DNA of 64,000 bases from Nymphaea colorata (Eukaryota), in assembly GCF_008831285.2 (NCBI RefSeq), contig NC_045138.2, positions 41,602,001 through 41,666,000 on the forward strand, read 5' to 3'. Under the pieces are notes generated by a model, which saw nothing but the letters and a program-made list of their open reading frames with translations, was not told the DNA's origin and ran no database searches. The position numbers and the translations under genes are program-made. Below, piece by piece: positions 49,039-62,300 of this stretch (positions are counted from its first letter, which is position 1; each line of letters opens with the position of its first letter).

Positions 49039-52000
49039 GCTCTCGCTCTAGCAAGGATGAGACAGAACACCCTTCGTGGGTTCTAATGGATTTCCTCATT
49101 GATGCTTCTTTATGGTTATGGCTTGTGGATGATCGCCTATCCCCCGTTGTCAAGGAATTCTTGTCATCAGGATTGGCGCTTCGTCACTACGTTACTGATC
49201 AAACCAACATTTCTCTGGTTTGATTAACTGTATCTTTCCTTGTTGGTGGTTTAACCAAGAATTATGTATTTTAAAATTTTCATTGAGTTAGGGTTTCATA
49301 AGGTATCAGTCTCACTATATGTATGCTCAACATAGTGTATTGTCTTGGTTACTTTATATGTTTCAATAGTGCTAAAAAGTCTGAAACCTGTAGCTTGTAG
49401 AGACTATCTTTCTAAAATTTGATAACTAGTGGTTGCTGTCAATCTTGGCAGATTCCTTTGTCGTCTGTGAATGAGGATCTTCAACATGTCATTTCACGCA
49501 AAAGACGTGTTATCGCTCTTAACAAGAAAGACTTAGCAAATGCAAATATAATGCAGGTAAGTCGTAGTTGGTGCTAGCAGTGATTTTATAGAAATTGATT
49601 CAGAAAGTATGAACTGGCGATTCTGAGTACTCAATAGCTCTGCGTAAATCTCGGTGTCCATGAAGAAATTAGTTCATCATATTAACGGATGCTGTGTAAG
49701 TTTACTTTCTTCTACTCTACAGTTACATGTCTTCTCCCTAGACATAACATATATGGCACAACGGCGACAGTGCACAGATATTTTCAGTTCAGCCGGTTTG
49801 GGGTCCTTATGTTTTAATGTTTTTATTTTTTTATGAGTCATAGCATCCGTGCAGAATTTCATAATTTGAATTATTTTCCTGTTTATTCTTGTGTTGAAAA
49901 TGGAAAAAATGCATTATTCAATCTCAAATGGAAATAGATCAATGTGATAGTCCTACCCACTATTCTCATTTTGTATATGTAGTTTAGTTGATTAAACAAG
50001 ACTCCTAAGTTTTATTGAATGAAACATCTACTTCAAGCATTAGTGGACAATCGAACTTATAGTACTACAGTGTCAGTGGATTTTATTTTATTGTTGCATC
50101 TTCAGCAGTGAGAAAACAATCTGGATAATTTTCAAGCTTTATTGGAAATTTTCCTCAGAAAAAAGGAAAAAGCTTTAATTCCATTTCTTGTAAAATGCTT
50201 TTCTTTAAGAATTTATGTCACTGTAATGGAGATGTAGTTCTTAACAGTGGCTCTCCTGTCCTCCCCCTCTTCTCCTCTCCTCTCACCCTCGCCCTCTCCC
50301 CACCCCCCCAACCAAAACAAAGCAACGTTGTAACAGATTTAAGAAGTCAACATATCTTTTTTGCTTGTAAATTTTCTAAAACAGATGCTTAACATTTTTG
50401 TATTTTCTGAACTCTGAAGTAAATCATTCTTATCTGTGAATGGATTAGTTCTTTAACTGTAGTCTATGATTGCAGAAATGGATGCAGCAATTTAGCATGT
50501 CCCAGCAGGACTGTGTTTCTATAAATGCACATGAAAAAAGTTCAGTCAGAAAGGTATACTATATTCACTTTCATAATCATGAATTTTATGAGGTTGCTTG
50601 AGATTCTGATTTATCGTAGCTAAAGTTGCACATCTTTTTCTACAGTACTGGTTGGGACTCTTGAACCGGGGAAGGAACGTTAAAATCTTAAATGCCTATG
50701 GGTTGAAATCTTAAATGCCTGTGGGAATTTTGGTGCACAAATTTCTCACATCATACTTCGTAGAAATTTTCTTCTGTCTATACACAGTCAAAAGGAGAGT
50801 TACACATCATGATGCATTAAATTGTCACGAGTAAACTAATATTTGACCACTTTCTGCTTTAACGGGCACAGAATACGTTTTCTATGTGGACAGAGGATTC
50901 TCTCCATTGTATTTGCATTTGCCTTCTTATTGGATATGCTTGCCCACACTTTTTTGGGTTTTATAGAAGCATTTTGAATTGCCTTAACGAGGGCAATGAG
51001 ACAAATGAAAAAAATTGACAATTCTAATGCTTGCTCACAAAAGAGCTTACAATGAAACAATATGTTGCAGACGCTGTAAGAACAAACCAGTGAAGAATTG
51101 CTGGCAGTACAAAATAAAAAAAAAAATGCTAACTTTTTGTTGCATTTTGGAAATTATGTTTTATCTTTAATATATGAAATGTAGATAAGCAACTTAAACT
51201 CATACTGATGGCTGAGGAATGGATTTGTCGTCATTGATTGTGTTCCATGGCATCTCATGCACTTGTCTTTGGCTCTTTGCTCTGTGGGAACATCTTTATC
51301 ATCTTGACTCTATTTTCTGTTGAATAAAAAAATTTGAGACATCCCTGTGGGCCTGAAGTCGTCAATTGTATTCTATGAAGCAAAGCTGCTTGGCTTGGTG
51401 GAGTTTAAATTAAAGGAAGTTATCTCAAGGGAACCTACACTTCTGGTCATGGTAGTTGGGGTTCCTAATGTTGGAAAGTCCTCTCTTATTAACAACATAC
51501 ACCAAATAGCATCAGGCCGATTTCCAGGTAAGTGAAGATCGGTAATTTAAATAAATTACTTAATCTTTTAGTCTTTCTGGGTTTATCATGTAAAGTACTT
51601 ATTGCATCAAACAATTTTTTTTTCTTTTTATCTTTGTACCATAGTGCAGGAAAAGTTGAAACGAGCCACTGTGGGACCTCTGCCGGGGGTTACTCAAGAT
51701 ATTGCAGGATACAAGGTCAATTTATCTTGTTAGCTGTATCTGCCTTTTTCCGGTGGGAGAGGGCTGGGGAGAAGAACCTCAGCTAGTAACTTCCATGTGG
51801 CTATCTCTTATTATATTCTATGTTTTCATCACCTGTCTCTCTCTCTCTCTCTCTCTCTCTTTTTTACCAAAGTTTGATATTGGCCACGTGCGAGTCTCTA
51901 TGCTGTCTATGTTTGATATTGACTGTGTCAAGTAATTTGTGCAGATCGCACACCAACCTAGTATCTATGTTCTTGACACACCAGGTGTATTGGTTCCAAG

Positions 52001-52732
52001 CATTTCAAGCATTGAAACTGGCCTGAAGCTAGCTCTAGTAGGTTGGTCACAATCATTTGTGGATTTGGTGGTTTCTAGCTTCTGAAGCTTTTCGATATAA
52101 TCCAATAATTTAAAATGGCAATGCATCTCCGTGCAGGATCTGTTAAGGATTCTGTAGTAGGTGAAGAACGTCTTGCAGAATACTTGCTAGCAACTTTGAA
52201 TACAAGAGAAGTACCACTCCATTGGAAAGAAAAGGCCAGCTTACAAAGTTTTGGTGATAATCAAGGTACTGGAAAAAAGACGACATCCAAGGCGGGTGAG
52301 GTAAGAATCTTAGTTTCAGTTTCAAGCGTTTGCTAACCTTTCTTTTTTCCATTTGCAGAAAATTAAATGATTCAATAGTATTTTTTTCCAGCTTTATACT
52401 GAATAAGAAATTTCTAAGTGCTGAATCACTTCGAACAAAACTTTAAATTGTCCTATTAAGTTGTTTTGGTGTAGGACCTGGTGAGCAACGTGCAGAGAGC
52501 ATTGTATACAACATATAGTGAATTTGAAGGTGATTTGACATGCGAGGATGACTTAGAATGCTTGATTGAGGATCAGTTAATTTCCCTGCAAAAAGCAATG
52601 AGAATTCCTCAGAAGGCAGGAGATGAGGCTCGTTGCATGGTCTCCAAGAAGTTATTGGCCTTATTTAGGCTTGGAAAACTGGGGAACTTCACCCTCGACG
52701 TTGTTCCAGATATTGCTAAACAGATCTCTTAA
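48785..52732 (+). CDS. DGP2: Circularly permuted RbgA/YlqF-family GTPase (DAR GTPase 2-like, probably organellar); 8 exons, ~370 aa
   Basis: Exons 48785-48982, 49452-49556, 50476-50553, 51386-51527, 51645-51715, 51945-52041, 52137-52300 and 52475-52732 (1113 nt). Motifs INWFPGHM, EVRDARIP, NKKD (G4), GVPNVGKS (G1), PGVT (G2), DTPG (G3). Confidence 0.9.
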
Positions 52733-52843
52733 ATCCCCTATCTTCTATCAAATTTTGCAACTTATAAATATGGCGCCCGTTTTCTACAATTTGCACTTGT
52801 GTATTACGTTGATGTAATAGCTTTTGCATGTTAATTGCAGTCA

Positions 52844-52920
52844 TTTGGTGCTATGGCAATAACATGCCGAACAAACTCAATTGTTTTGGTGCTATGGCAA
52901 TAACATGCCGAACAAACTCA
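52844..52920. repeat. 36-bp direct repeat (period 41) between the convergent GTPase and U11/U12-65K 3' ends
   Basis: tttggtgctatggcaataacatgccgaacaaactca at 52844-52879 and 52885-52920. Confidence 0.9.
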
Positions 52921-53394
52921 TTGGTCTCACGGTAGGAGTTTACGTTAACCTTCTCAAGCAGGCTATCTATGGTAGTGGCCCATAAGCAGTCGTAATGATG
53001 CCAAGTTTTCTACATTCACCTGGCACAAGCTTGGACTTCAAAGAATTTGATGTTACGTTTAAAGTTTTAAACCATTTGTGCATCTAGTAGATCGATAAAC
53101 CATTTTCCAAAAGAGATCTACGATCTTCAATGTCCTTTCACTTTAATGACAAGACATCATGAGCATCAATAATGTAGTTAATGTGGAGATACTCCGTCTA
53201 TATGAAATGGTTGAATGCATTTAACTAGAGAAGAATCTAAGATATTGCAAGCATCCACCGAGTTTTTTACGACAGTTAACTTTTTACATGCCTGTGTGCG
53301 CCTATATGATGCCCATGCCTCGAGGAGCAAGGCATCACATGAGAGCAGACGCGCTTGTTCAAGTGTACCTGATGATGCCATCTCTTCCTCCAAA

Positions 53395-56300
53395 TTACTG
53401 TGCTTTGGTTTGTGATGTATTACGGCCAAACTGAATTATGATAGGCTTACCTTTGAAAAGAAATCCATGCACTGCTTTCTGCAACCAAAAATGATGTTCC
53501 ATGTAAGATTCATGAAGGGGATGAATTGCATAAACACAACATGCCAGACAAAAAATTCACGCAGATGAGGAACAATGCTAAAGAAATGCCAATCTCAAAC
53601 TCTCTTCTCAGAAAACCAAACACGACAAGATGTCAAATACATCCTTCAAATATTTGGCAAATCAAGAGTCAAATTAACTGCAACAAAAAATTCAGTTATT
53701 AATCACTTGGACATTCTTCTCTCAGGAACCCTTACCATCATACATGAGGCAAACAGTACCATAATCCAACCAAGAAACAATTATCATGAACGTGCTTGGC
53801 CAATGTTTCTAAGAATGCCAACAAATCAAATGCTCTTTTTGTGCAAACCAATTGCCTAAGTATATAAGCCATGCCAAAAACCCTGAATGAGCTGTGATCA
53901 CAAATTCATTTCTACTGGTCTGCACATCTAAGGATCACTTTCCACTAGTTATTTTTTGTATCACCAAGGAAAACACTTTTTGTTTACCTTTTTTAAGTTG
54001 GCTAGAGCTGCAAATGTCGAATGCTACCATGTACGGGGAAGGGAAAATATCAAAATACAAAGGAAGCACTTTTGGTTTACCTTTCTAAGTTGGCTATCAC
54101 TGAAGCTGTTTGTTGGACAGTACATAGCATATAATAGAGATCCAGGACAATGTGACTAGAGAAAATTGGTTCTCATACTTCTCTCTTTACTGGTGTCAGT
54201 TCTGTAGACATCTAATTATTTGATTAATCAAAACCGAAGAAAAATTCTAAAAGGAACACAGAGTAATGACATAGAATCGACCTGCTCCCATCAGAAAAAC
54301 CTGTTACCAGATTATTGAGCCAATAAACCAAAAAGAATCTACTACCAAGTCTAAAGAGCCACTTGAAAAAAGGCCATCTGACTAAAAAATTAGAGTCCCC
54401 TGCTTGCTACATGTTAATGCTTCCTTGACAAAGAAAACAGGTCATCTAATAACTTGGTCATCTAATAACACAAACTCAAACATACATTAAGGCCAATTCA
54501 GTATCGGTTCTCTATTGCTAACAACAGATAAGCTGCGCTTGTAGTTTTGGACTTTCAGTTATTCCAACCTCTACTAGTTCTACAGAGAAACCACTAAGAT
54601 GATAATGGAATTTGGAAGCAGCAAGCCATAACAGCATAATAACTGAAAAAGTTTCTGAATTTTGAAACACATTAAAATTTACTTCCCATAATTATAATCA
54701 CATACACTAGCATTGCATAAGTCACTAGGATAGCCATGGGACTTGAAAGAACTAATGACAATAAGAACATGAAAATATCTTGAATGTGACAACATTTACT
54801 TTCCATGACCATAATCACATAGTTTGGTGTTGCATTCAAACCATCTAACTTACAGCACATGGCTAAATGGTTTAATATCATATACCCAAGTGCTATCTCA
54901 AGGGTAATGTGAACTTTCTCCTCTGTTTAACACCACCAAGTGGTGCATGACACTTCGTTATGCTGTATTATCTCATATTTGCAAGTGATGTGATGTTGCC
55001 TTTCCAATTAAACTATAATGCAAGTATAAGCTTCCATACCTCTTGAAACTGTAGTGGTTTTTGTAAGCCATCATACAAGACACTGATGAAGAGTTTTGTT
55101 TCCTTATCATGAAAATGTCAGGGAACTGCATTTTTGACTGGTCTAAGTCAGGACTAATCTCGTGAAGGAACACACTGGCTGAATGTAAACCTATACTAGC
55201 ATAAGTTCATATGGATGGTTATATTTTTATATGTAAAAATCCAATTGTATGATAAATAATTAAGCCTTTAAGTCTCCTAACATGATTGGTTTTGACCGTG
55301 CTGGGTGTCTACAAATGCTTATTAGGACTAAAGATTGTTTCTGCATTAATTTATGTAGGTAAAATATTCAAACATGACAAAAATAGTTAAGCCCATTGTC
55401 ATACATTTGCATATGTAGGGCTGCACACGAGTCGACTCAAGCTCGAGCTCGGCTCCACTCATGTTTAGTCAGCTCGAGCTCAACACAAGCTTCACAACTT
55501 CAACTCGAACTCGACTCGAGCGACTGCCTTCGAGCTCGAGCTCGACTCGGGCGGCTCGTTTAAACTCGTTTATCCTCAATAATGCAAATGTTGCGAGACG
55601 GCTGCTGCTTTGACAACTTCTCATTTCCTTTCGCCCTCAAGGCACGTGCCTTCATTTTCGCTGCATCCGAGGGCTCGCAGCTCCATGCCCAAATCTTGAA
55701 GGCGGGGTTCGGTGACGACGTCTTCGTGAACAACAACGTGATTCTGCCACCTGCGATGAGCACCTCATTAAGGCATGGGGAGGAGGAAAGGCGTGGGTGA
55801 GAAAAGAGAAAAGCGAGAGGAAAAATGAACCACGAGCATGGTGAGGAAAGAGAAAAATGGGAGGAAAAATGAAAAGAGTGATTGATTGATTGATTGAAAA
55901 GTGTAATGATGAAAGTGGGGTGTAATAATGAGGGGGTGAACAAAGGGAAAAAAAGAGGGAAAATTAAAAAACGCAAAACAAAAAAAAATGAGATTAGGCT
56001 GCGTGTGTGAGAGGGAAAAAGGAGGGAAAACTAAAAACGCAAAACAAAAAATGAGATTAAAATCGAGCCGAGTAGAGTTCGACTAACTCGAACTCGACTC
56101 GTTAACATACTCGAGTTTATATTTAAGCTCGAGCTTGACTCGTATAAAAACGAGTCGAGCTCAAGTCGAGTTTACTCGAGCGAGTTCGAGTCGAGCCCCA
56201 GTTGGCTCGATTCGTTGTGCAGCCCTATGCATATGCACATTTTTTTTTTATCTTCTGCTATCTATACATTGTGAGTTGTTTGTAGTTACACGAGTCTATG

Positions 56301-59300
56301 ACAATGTACACATCATATAGGTTGGGCTCTATGTAACACGGGTACACCCCCAAACGTCCGGTACCGGTACGACACCGGTACCCAATACGGGCCTGGGTAC
56401 TGCCCCGGTACGCGTTGACCATACCGGGTACGGTCAACGTACCGGGTACCATATCCGTCCAAAATTGGACACGGTCAACACTGACCGGGTCCAATTTTGT
56501 CCATTTTTTTTAAACGTTTAACTGATTTTAACGTTAAAAAATATTTTGACGTTAAAAGAAAAAGGCAAAACGAAACCGAACCCTTCTACTCCTTACCTCT
56601 CGTCTCTCTCCGGCAACATTTACCTCTCCGGCAACGAAGCAGCGGCGACGACTGCGGCTTCGGCAGCGGCGAAGACAGGAGGTGACTGAAGTTTTTTACA
56701 TTTTTTGTTTTCATTTTAATCGGCCCCTGCCTTCGCCGCCGGCAACGGCCGGCGATGGGTTTTGTGTGTTGTTCACCTGAAAGTGAAAACCCATCACCCC
56801 TCCCTCTGGCGCCCTTTCTCTACGGTTTCAAATCTCTCTCTCTGTGTTTCAAATCTGTGAATACAAACCAAGATGTTGAATCGTAGGCCTCGACGTCCCT
56901 AAATCTTTGATGACCAACCACCAATCCGAGAGGGTTTCAAATCCCTTTCAAATATAATAGATGCCTCATTTTCATTCTTCAATCTTCACTGTCTTAGAAT
57001 ATGAGGCCTTTTCATTCTTCACTGTCGTAGAATATTGTTGAATGTGGATTGCATTTGCCGGCAGGGTATTGTTGAATGTCGATTCTGGTTTGCATTTGCC
57101 GGCAAGGCATCGAATGAGTGCTGCACTCATGCCAATGTTTGTTTTCGACCATGATTTATGTTTGTGTGTTATTCTGTTTGCATTTTTTTGATATATATGT
57201 GTGAAATGTGAATATGTTATTCTGTTTGAAATTTTTTGATATATATATATATATATATATATATGTCCGTGTGTGTACGGCCGTACCCCCAAGTTTTTTG
57301 AAAATGGTCCGTACCCATACCCGTACCCATGTGACATAGGTTGGGCTTGACTTGCCCAAAGCTTAACTGAGCTAGGTCAAAGATTGGACTTAATGTTTCA
57401 GAACATCGCAGTTCTCACCCTATACAGGAAATTTTCAAGTCCAAGAAAGTAGAGAGGAGAGGTGGTCCAGCAAGAGCATGATTACGGTATCCAATGTGAG
57501 ATCATGGGCTTAGGATGAGAGAGTGTTGGTCTTCTCCATTTGTGCCATATTTGCTTTAATTTATTTTTTGTAAAAGGATATAAACTCTGATTTTATTAAT
57601 TTAATAAAGGTTTGGTTCTCTGGCAGCATTGGAGGGAAGCTAAGTATTCCTACTATGCAAAAAAGAAGCCCAAAAAATTTAGGTTCATTACAAATTGTGG
57701 GGTGAATCTATTCAGGAAGTTGCAGCAAGCTATGCTTTCTTTTGTTCATTTTTATTTACTTTTCTTTTCACTTAAATGTTTGCTTTGATCTTTTTCGCCA
57801 ACTGTTTCTGAGAAGTTATTTTTTTCGTCTTTTATAAGTCTCAGAGACCAGATCAGTCTTGTCGCTTTGCCCCCTTTTCAGACCCCATATTTTCTTGATT
57901 TTTATTTGATAGCAACCAGGAGGATACCTATTTTTGTTTTGGTTTTGTGAAATAAGCCTGACATTTGAACAAGTTATCTTTGTTGATCATGGTTGATGCA
58001 ATAGTTTTGAATAACCATCCCTATCGTGACAAAGAAGTACAAAGAAAAAATATGGAATATTTGCATATAAATCTGATTTTCATATGGTTTGAATTATGCA
58101 TTGTTGTTATTCAAACATGGAAAGAGAAAAGTTGAATAATGTGTAGCAATCCGATTTGTTGATTGAAGCCTTTGTTTATTACGTTAATGGTGCATCCACA
58201 CAAAAAACATAGCCATCATGATGATCCTTTCTGTTATGGATTATGAACAGTTTCTAATGTTTATGTTTAGTTACAAAAATTTATCTATGAACACACATAC
58301 ACAAATATATTATATATATATAGTCTCACACCTTTCATACCTGCACTTAGATATGGAGACATGCCAATGCTTGATGTGAAATGCCTAGTAAAGGAAATGC
58401 CATAAAAACATGAAATTTCATAATACTATACAGCACAAGAACATGAAACATAGCATAAAAGGTGAGCCATGCCAAATTGACCTTGCATCACTAAATTCAT
58501 ATACTGGAACTGGAACCGGAACCAAACATGCCCATATGAGCACTCACCAACGCTTGCTGTGCAAGGTCTATTGAAGGAAATGTCACAAAAGCCTGACCCC
58601 TCATTCTCCCCTCCTGGTATGCCAATTGAATCATTAGTCATATAACTGACTAGTTAATGCTCTTCCATCAAATCACAATGTCAATTTCCACAACAGAGAA
58701 GAAGTGAGACCACTCCAAGCAATTCAGTGATCTGCCAAGCAGAACACTGACAGGAAAAATTACAAGTCTATGATTCCTCTGTACTTGAGAGTTTCCTTAG
58801 AAAATTATTGGAAGCATAATAAGAAGTCCAAAACGTCAGTCATAAAGGAAAAAGATTTCTTCGTCTGCAATATAATAACGATTGTTAGGGAGTATCCTAC
58901 TGAGTTTCAGAAAATGTCCTATATGGCTTTGTGAGTGGAATACTTTCCACCATCAGTATTACAGACTTTAGAGACTCATAGCCTATCAAAACATACTAGG
59001 GATATATATTCCATGTTATGCACTTAAGGCTAATGGCTCACATGTACATCCTCAATGATCACCAACCATTTTAATCCAGAACCTCCAACAACAAACAAGG
59101 AAAGATAACTATTACTGATGAAAAATTTTACAAGATGGTGAGAAGATAAAGTATGAAATCTAACAAACATAAACAGCGGAACATAAAATTCACCTGCATC
59201 AGCTTGATGCTGATTCCAGATTTGACGGCTTCAACACTACCAAAAAATGATCCTGTAATATGAACCATGTCAAACAAATTTCTTAGTGAAACACTAGCAG

Positions 59301-62300
59301 AGGAGATACAGAATACTAAAAGAAAAGGGTAAATCAAGGATCTCATAGGGTAAATCAAGGATCTCATACACGAGCTCCCAATCTTTTCTTGGACAGTGCA
59401 TACAGAACAATAAACTAAAATTTTGCTTTTCCAAAAGTTACTCCGGTCACAAGATTTCCCAACTCTCCAAAGAACATTTGGCAGTGTAAAGCTCAAAAAG
59501 AAGAAATTTGGCTTACCGAAAATGTAGTAGAAATCATCAGCAACTACATCCTTTGCCAAGTTCTTTATGTATAATACAGGAGAAGGATCACCAGGAGTAT
59601 AATTCTGTATAACCAAAAACATTATTATACTTGAGCCAGAGTATGGTTCTGTGTAAAAGACAAAGAAGTTTTATACTTGAAAGGACTTTCACTGGGAGAC
59701 CTTGAACATTGGAAGTGATAATATTTCCTCGGGAGGTAATTTTCCAGTTTCAATTTCTTGAAGACTTGCAAAATGTTTAACTTCAACTTCCTCTTTGTCG
59801 TGATCTAAAGTTCCTGAACCATCATTAGCTTCTCCTTTTTCACTTTTTACAGGCTTGGGAGCAATCTTTATCTGTAAAAAATGAAATATTGCATTATAAT
59901 ACATCAAATCTACCACTAGGATCAATCTAATCGGTGTGACAAAAAAGTGAACCTGCAGAACAGGATTTTTCTTTTTAATGGTTGGAAGCTCTTTTGGAAC
60001 TAAGGTGACAGGCTTCACACCAGCAGCCTCATGTGATACATCCTTATCAACAGCAGGACCAATGATAGCCTCATGTTTAGCTTTTTTCCTATTCCGACGC
60101 TTCCCAGGAAATACAGCACCGGATTTTTTCTGATCAATGTCACTCTGAAATAAGAGAAGATACAAGTTGATAATCAGACACAACTTCATGATCTCAAAGG
60201 GAGAATTATGCAAGGACAGCCATACAGCTGAAATAGATGACTGACATGTGAAAAACATACCTCATCTGAAGACTCCAGCTCTGACTCATCACTGGATAGA
60301 TCAGCTAAAGGAGGTTTTCCTGCCACAGCAGGTGGGGGTGGGGGTGGTGGTGGAGGAGCAGGTTCCGAGGGTGGAAAAGGTGGTGTGGGTAAAGCTGCAC
60401 GAAATGGTGCTGGAAGATTCATTTTGTTCATCAAATGCAGAACCTGAAAATGGTGCCAATACACGTCTTATATGCCTTGTTCTTTATGGTTTTAAGCTCT
60501 TAACTGAGTAAACCTAAGACTATTAGATGTAAAAACCTGTGTATAGAATCGTGGGACAGCTATAAGAGCATTAACAATATTGGTTAGTATATTTCCATCT
60601 GGAGGCGGGTAAGCATACCTGAAAATAGTCATTCAGCAGTAGAAGGAAGATATCAGTACAAGAGAAAGCATATCTAAATATATTAAACATTAATAAATTG
60701 GCATATAAAAAAATTTCAGTCTAATTGACATTTTTGTTAATGGTGAATACATCAGAAACAATAAATGGATACAACAGAAATGAGGTGTACATATTGTCTG
60801 TGACTTCTGACTAGGGATTTCTGTCTATTCATCAGACCATTAAATGCACTCTTCAAGAAGGAACCCTACTCGAGGTGTGGAGGAAATGGATAGTCTACAC
60901 CAAGTCTAGGAGCAATTGGTTCACCGATTTTCACAGCATTTGGGGTGGACCCAGGAACAGAAACAATCCCAGGCACAGTAAGCTCCTTTGATGTAGATGT
61001 AGGTGAAAATGCATCTTTTCTGTGCTGTTTTTCAGCCATTTCCTTCTCATTCGAAGTCAGTGTGTTCACTCGTTCCACAGATAAAACTTTTCCAAGAAAC
61101 CTCAATCTGAAAATTCAAGGGAAGAAAAAGTGAATGAAAATAATAAGACCACAAATTCAAGTCATAGACTAGTATTTAGCAGAAACTGGCTCTTACAAAG
61201 CAGAAACAGATAATATGTTACTTATGAACGGCTCCATACAGAAATATTCACACATAACAAGGCCCAGATTTCAATAGCATCAACACTCAATACATACATA
61301 GAGTTGACAACTTTGACCACAAGGTAGAATTCATGAATCATCCGTCATGGAACAAACACCCATCACTGTTGGAGACTGTCATGAGAAAGGACATTAATTC
61401 AATAAAAAGGTATTCAAGAAAATTGAAATCTGCCGGTTGTCGGATGTTGCCAGACGGCCAAGTATTTAAAAGTCGTGGTTAAATACAAGATAAACCATCG
61501 CTAAAAACACCATAAACGGTTGCTATACCATAAATCCATTGCATAGTATTTTTAGCGATGATTTTAAATATTTTGTCATCTAGCAACATCTGGCAGCTGG
61601 CTGATTTCATTTCCTCCAAATATTCACGGTTAGTGAAACCATTGTAGAGTTTACTGGCCATCCTTCCTGAAATATTCTTTTGTTGACCATTATTCCTGAC
61701 ATATTCTTTGTCACAGTGTTCAACCGAGCCTTCACAAAAAATGGAACTTCATTGTTCAGAGTCTTCAGAAATTCCAGAAGTCCAAAGTAAAGCTAGCATT
61801 AGGCAAATCTAAGAATGGATAGTTATTAGGTTATTCTGTAAAAATCTACTAAATAACCTAAGGTACAGACAAAATTTTAGATTTAACGAGTATACCTTTC
61901 AACTGCAAAAATAATAAACAAGCACTGCAGTAAAATAACATAAAGAGGTACAGCAAAATTGCACTTTAGAACTAAACCAGCAATACAAAATAAGAAAACA
62001 TGATTCTCAATGGCAATAAAAGAAAAAAAAAGATAGTCACAAATAACGTTTCGGAGTTTTAAACGGTGAGGTTTTTCTCGGGTATATTACAGCGAGCTTG
62101 AAAAAAAAGGAAAAATACAGTAAATTTTTAAAATTCAAAAAAACTAAAAATGGAGGAAAAATAAAATAAGTGAGAAACTAATAATACAAACATCAAAAGA
62201 TAAATAGACTTGCAACAAATAAAAAATAAGAAGACTGTTTGGCATTTAAAAAAAAGAAAAAAATGAAAAAAGTGAAAAAAAGAGTTAAAAACATGTTTTT

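Noticed and set aside
57572..57927. U12-type 5' splice-site motifs (ATATCCTTTT at 57581-57572, GTATCCTC at 57927-57920, minus strand) in the 65K last intron as a USSE autoregulatory element
   Set aside because: A USSE is two closely tandem U12 5' splice sites. These are ~340 nt apart, and about one such 9-mer is expected by chance in 64 kb of AT-rich DNA.
60619..60869. U12-type intron within the 65K gene itself (TCCTTCTAC near the acceptor)
   Set aside because: The donor is GTAGGG, not RTATCCT, so the intron is U2-type.
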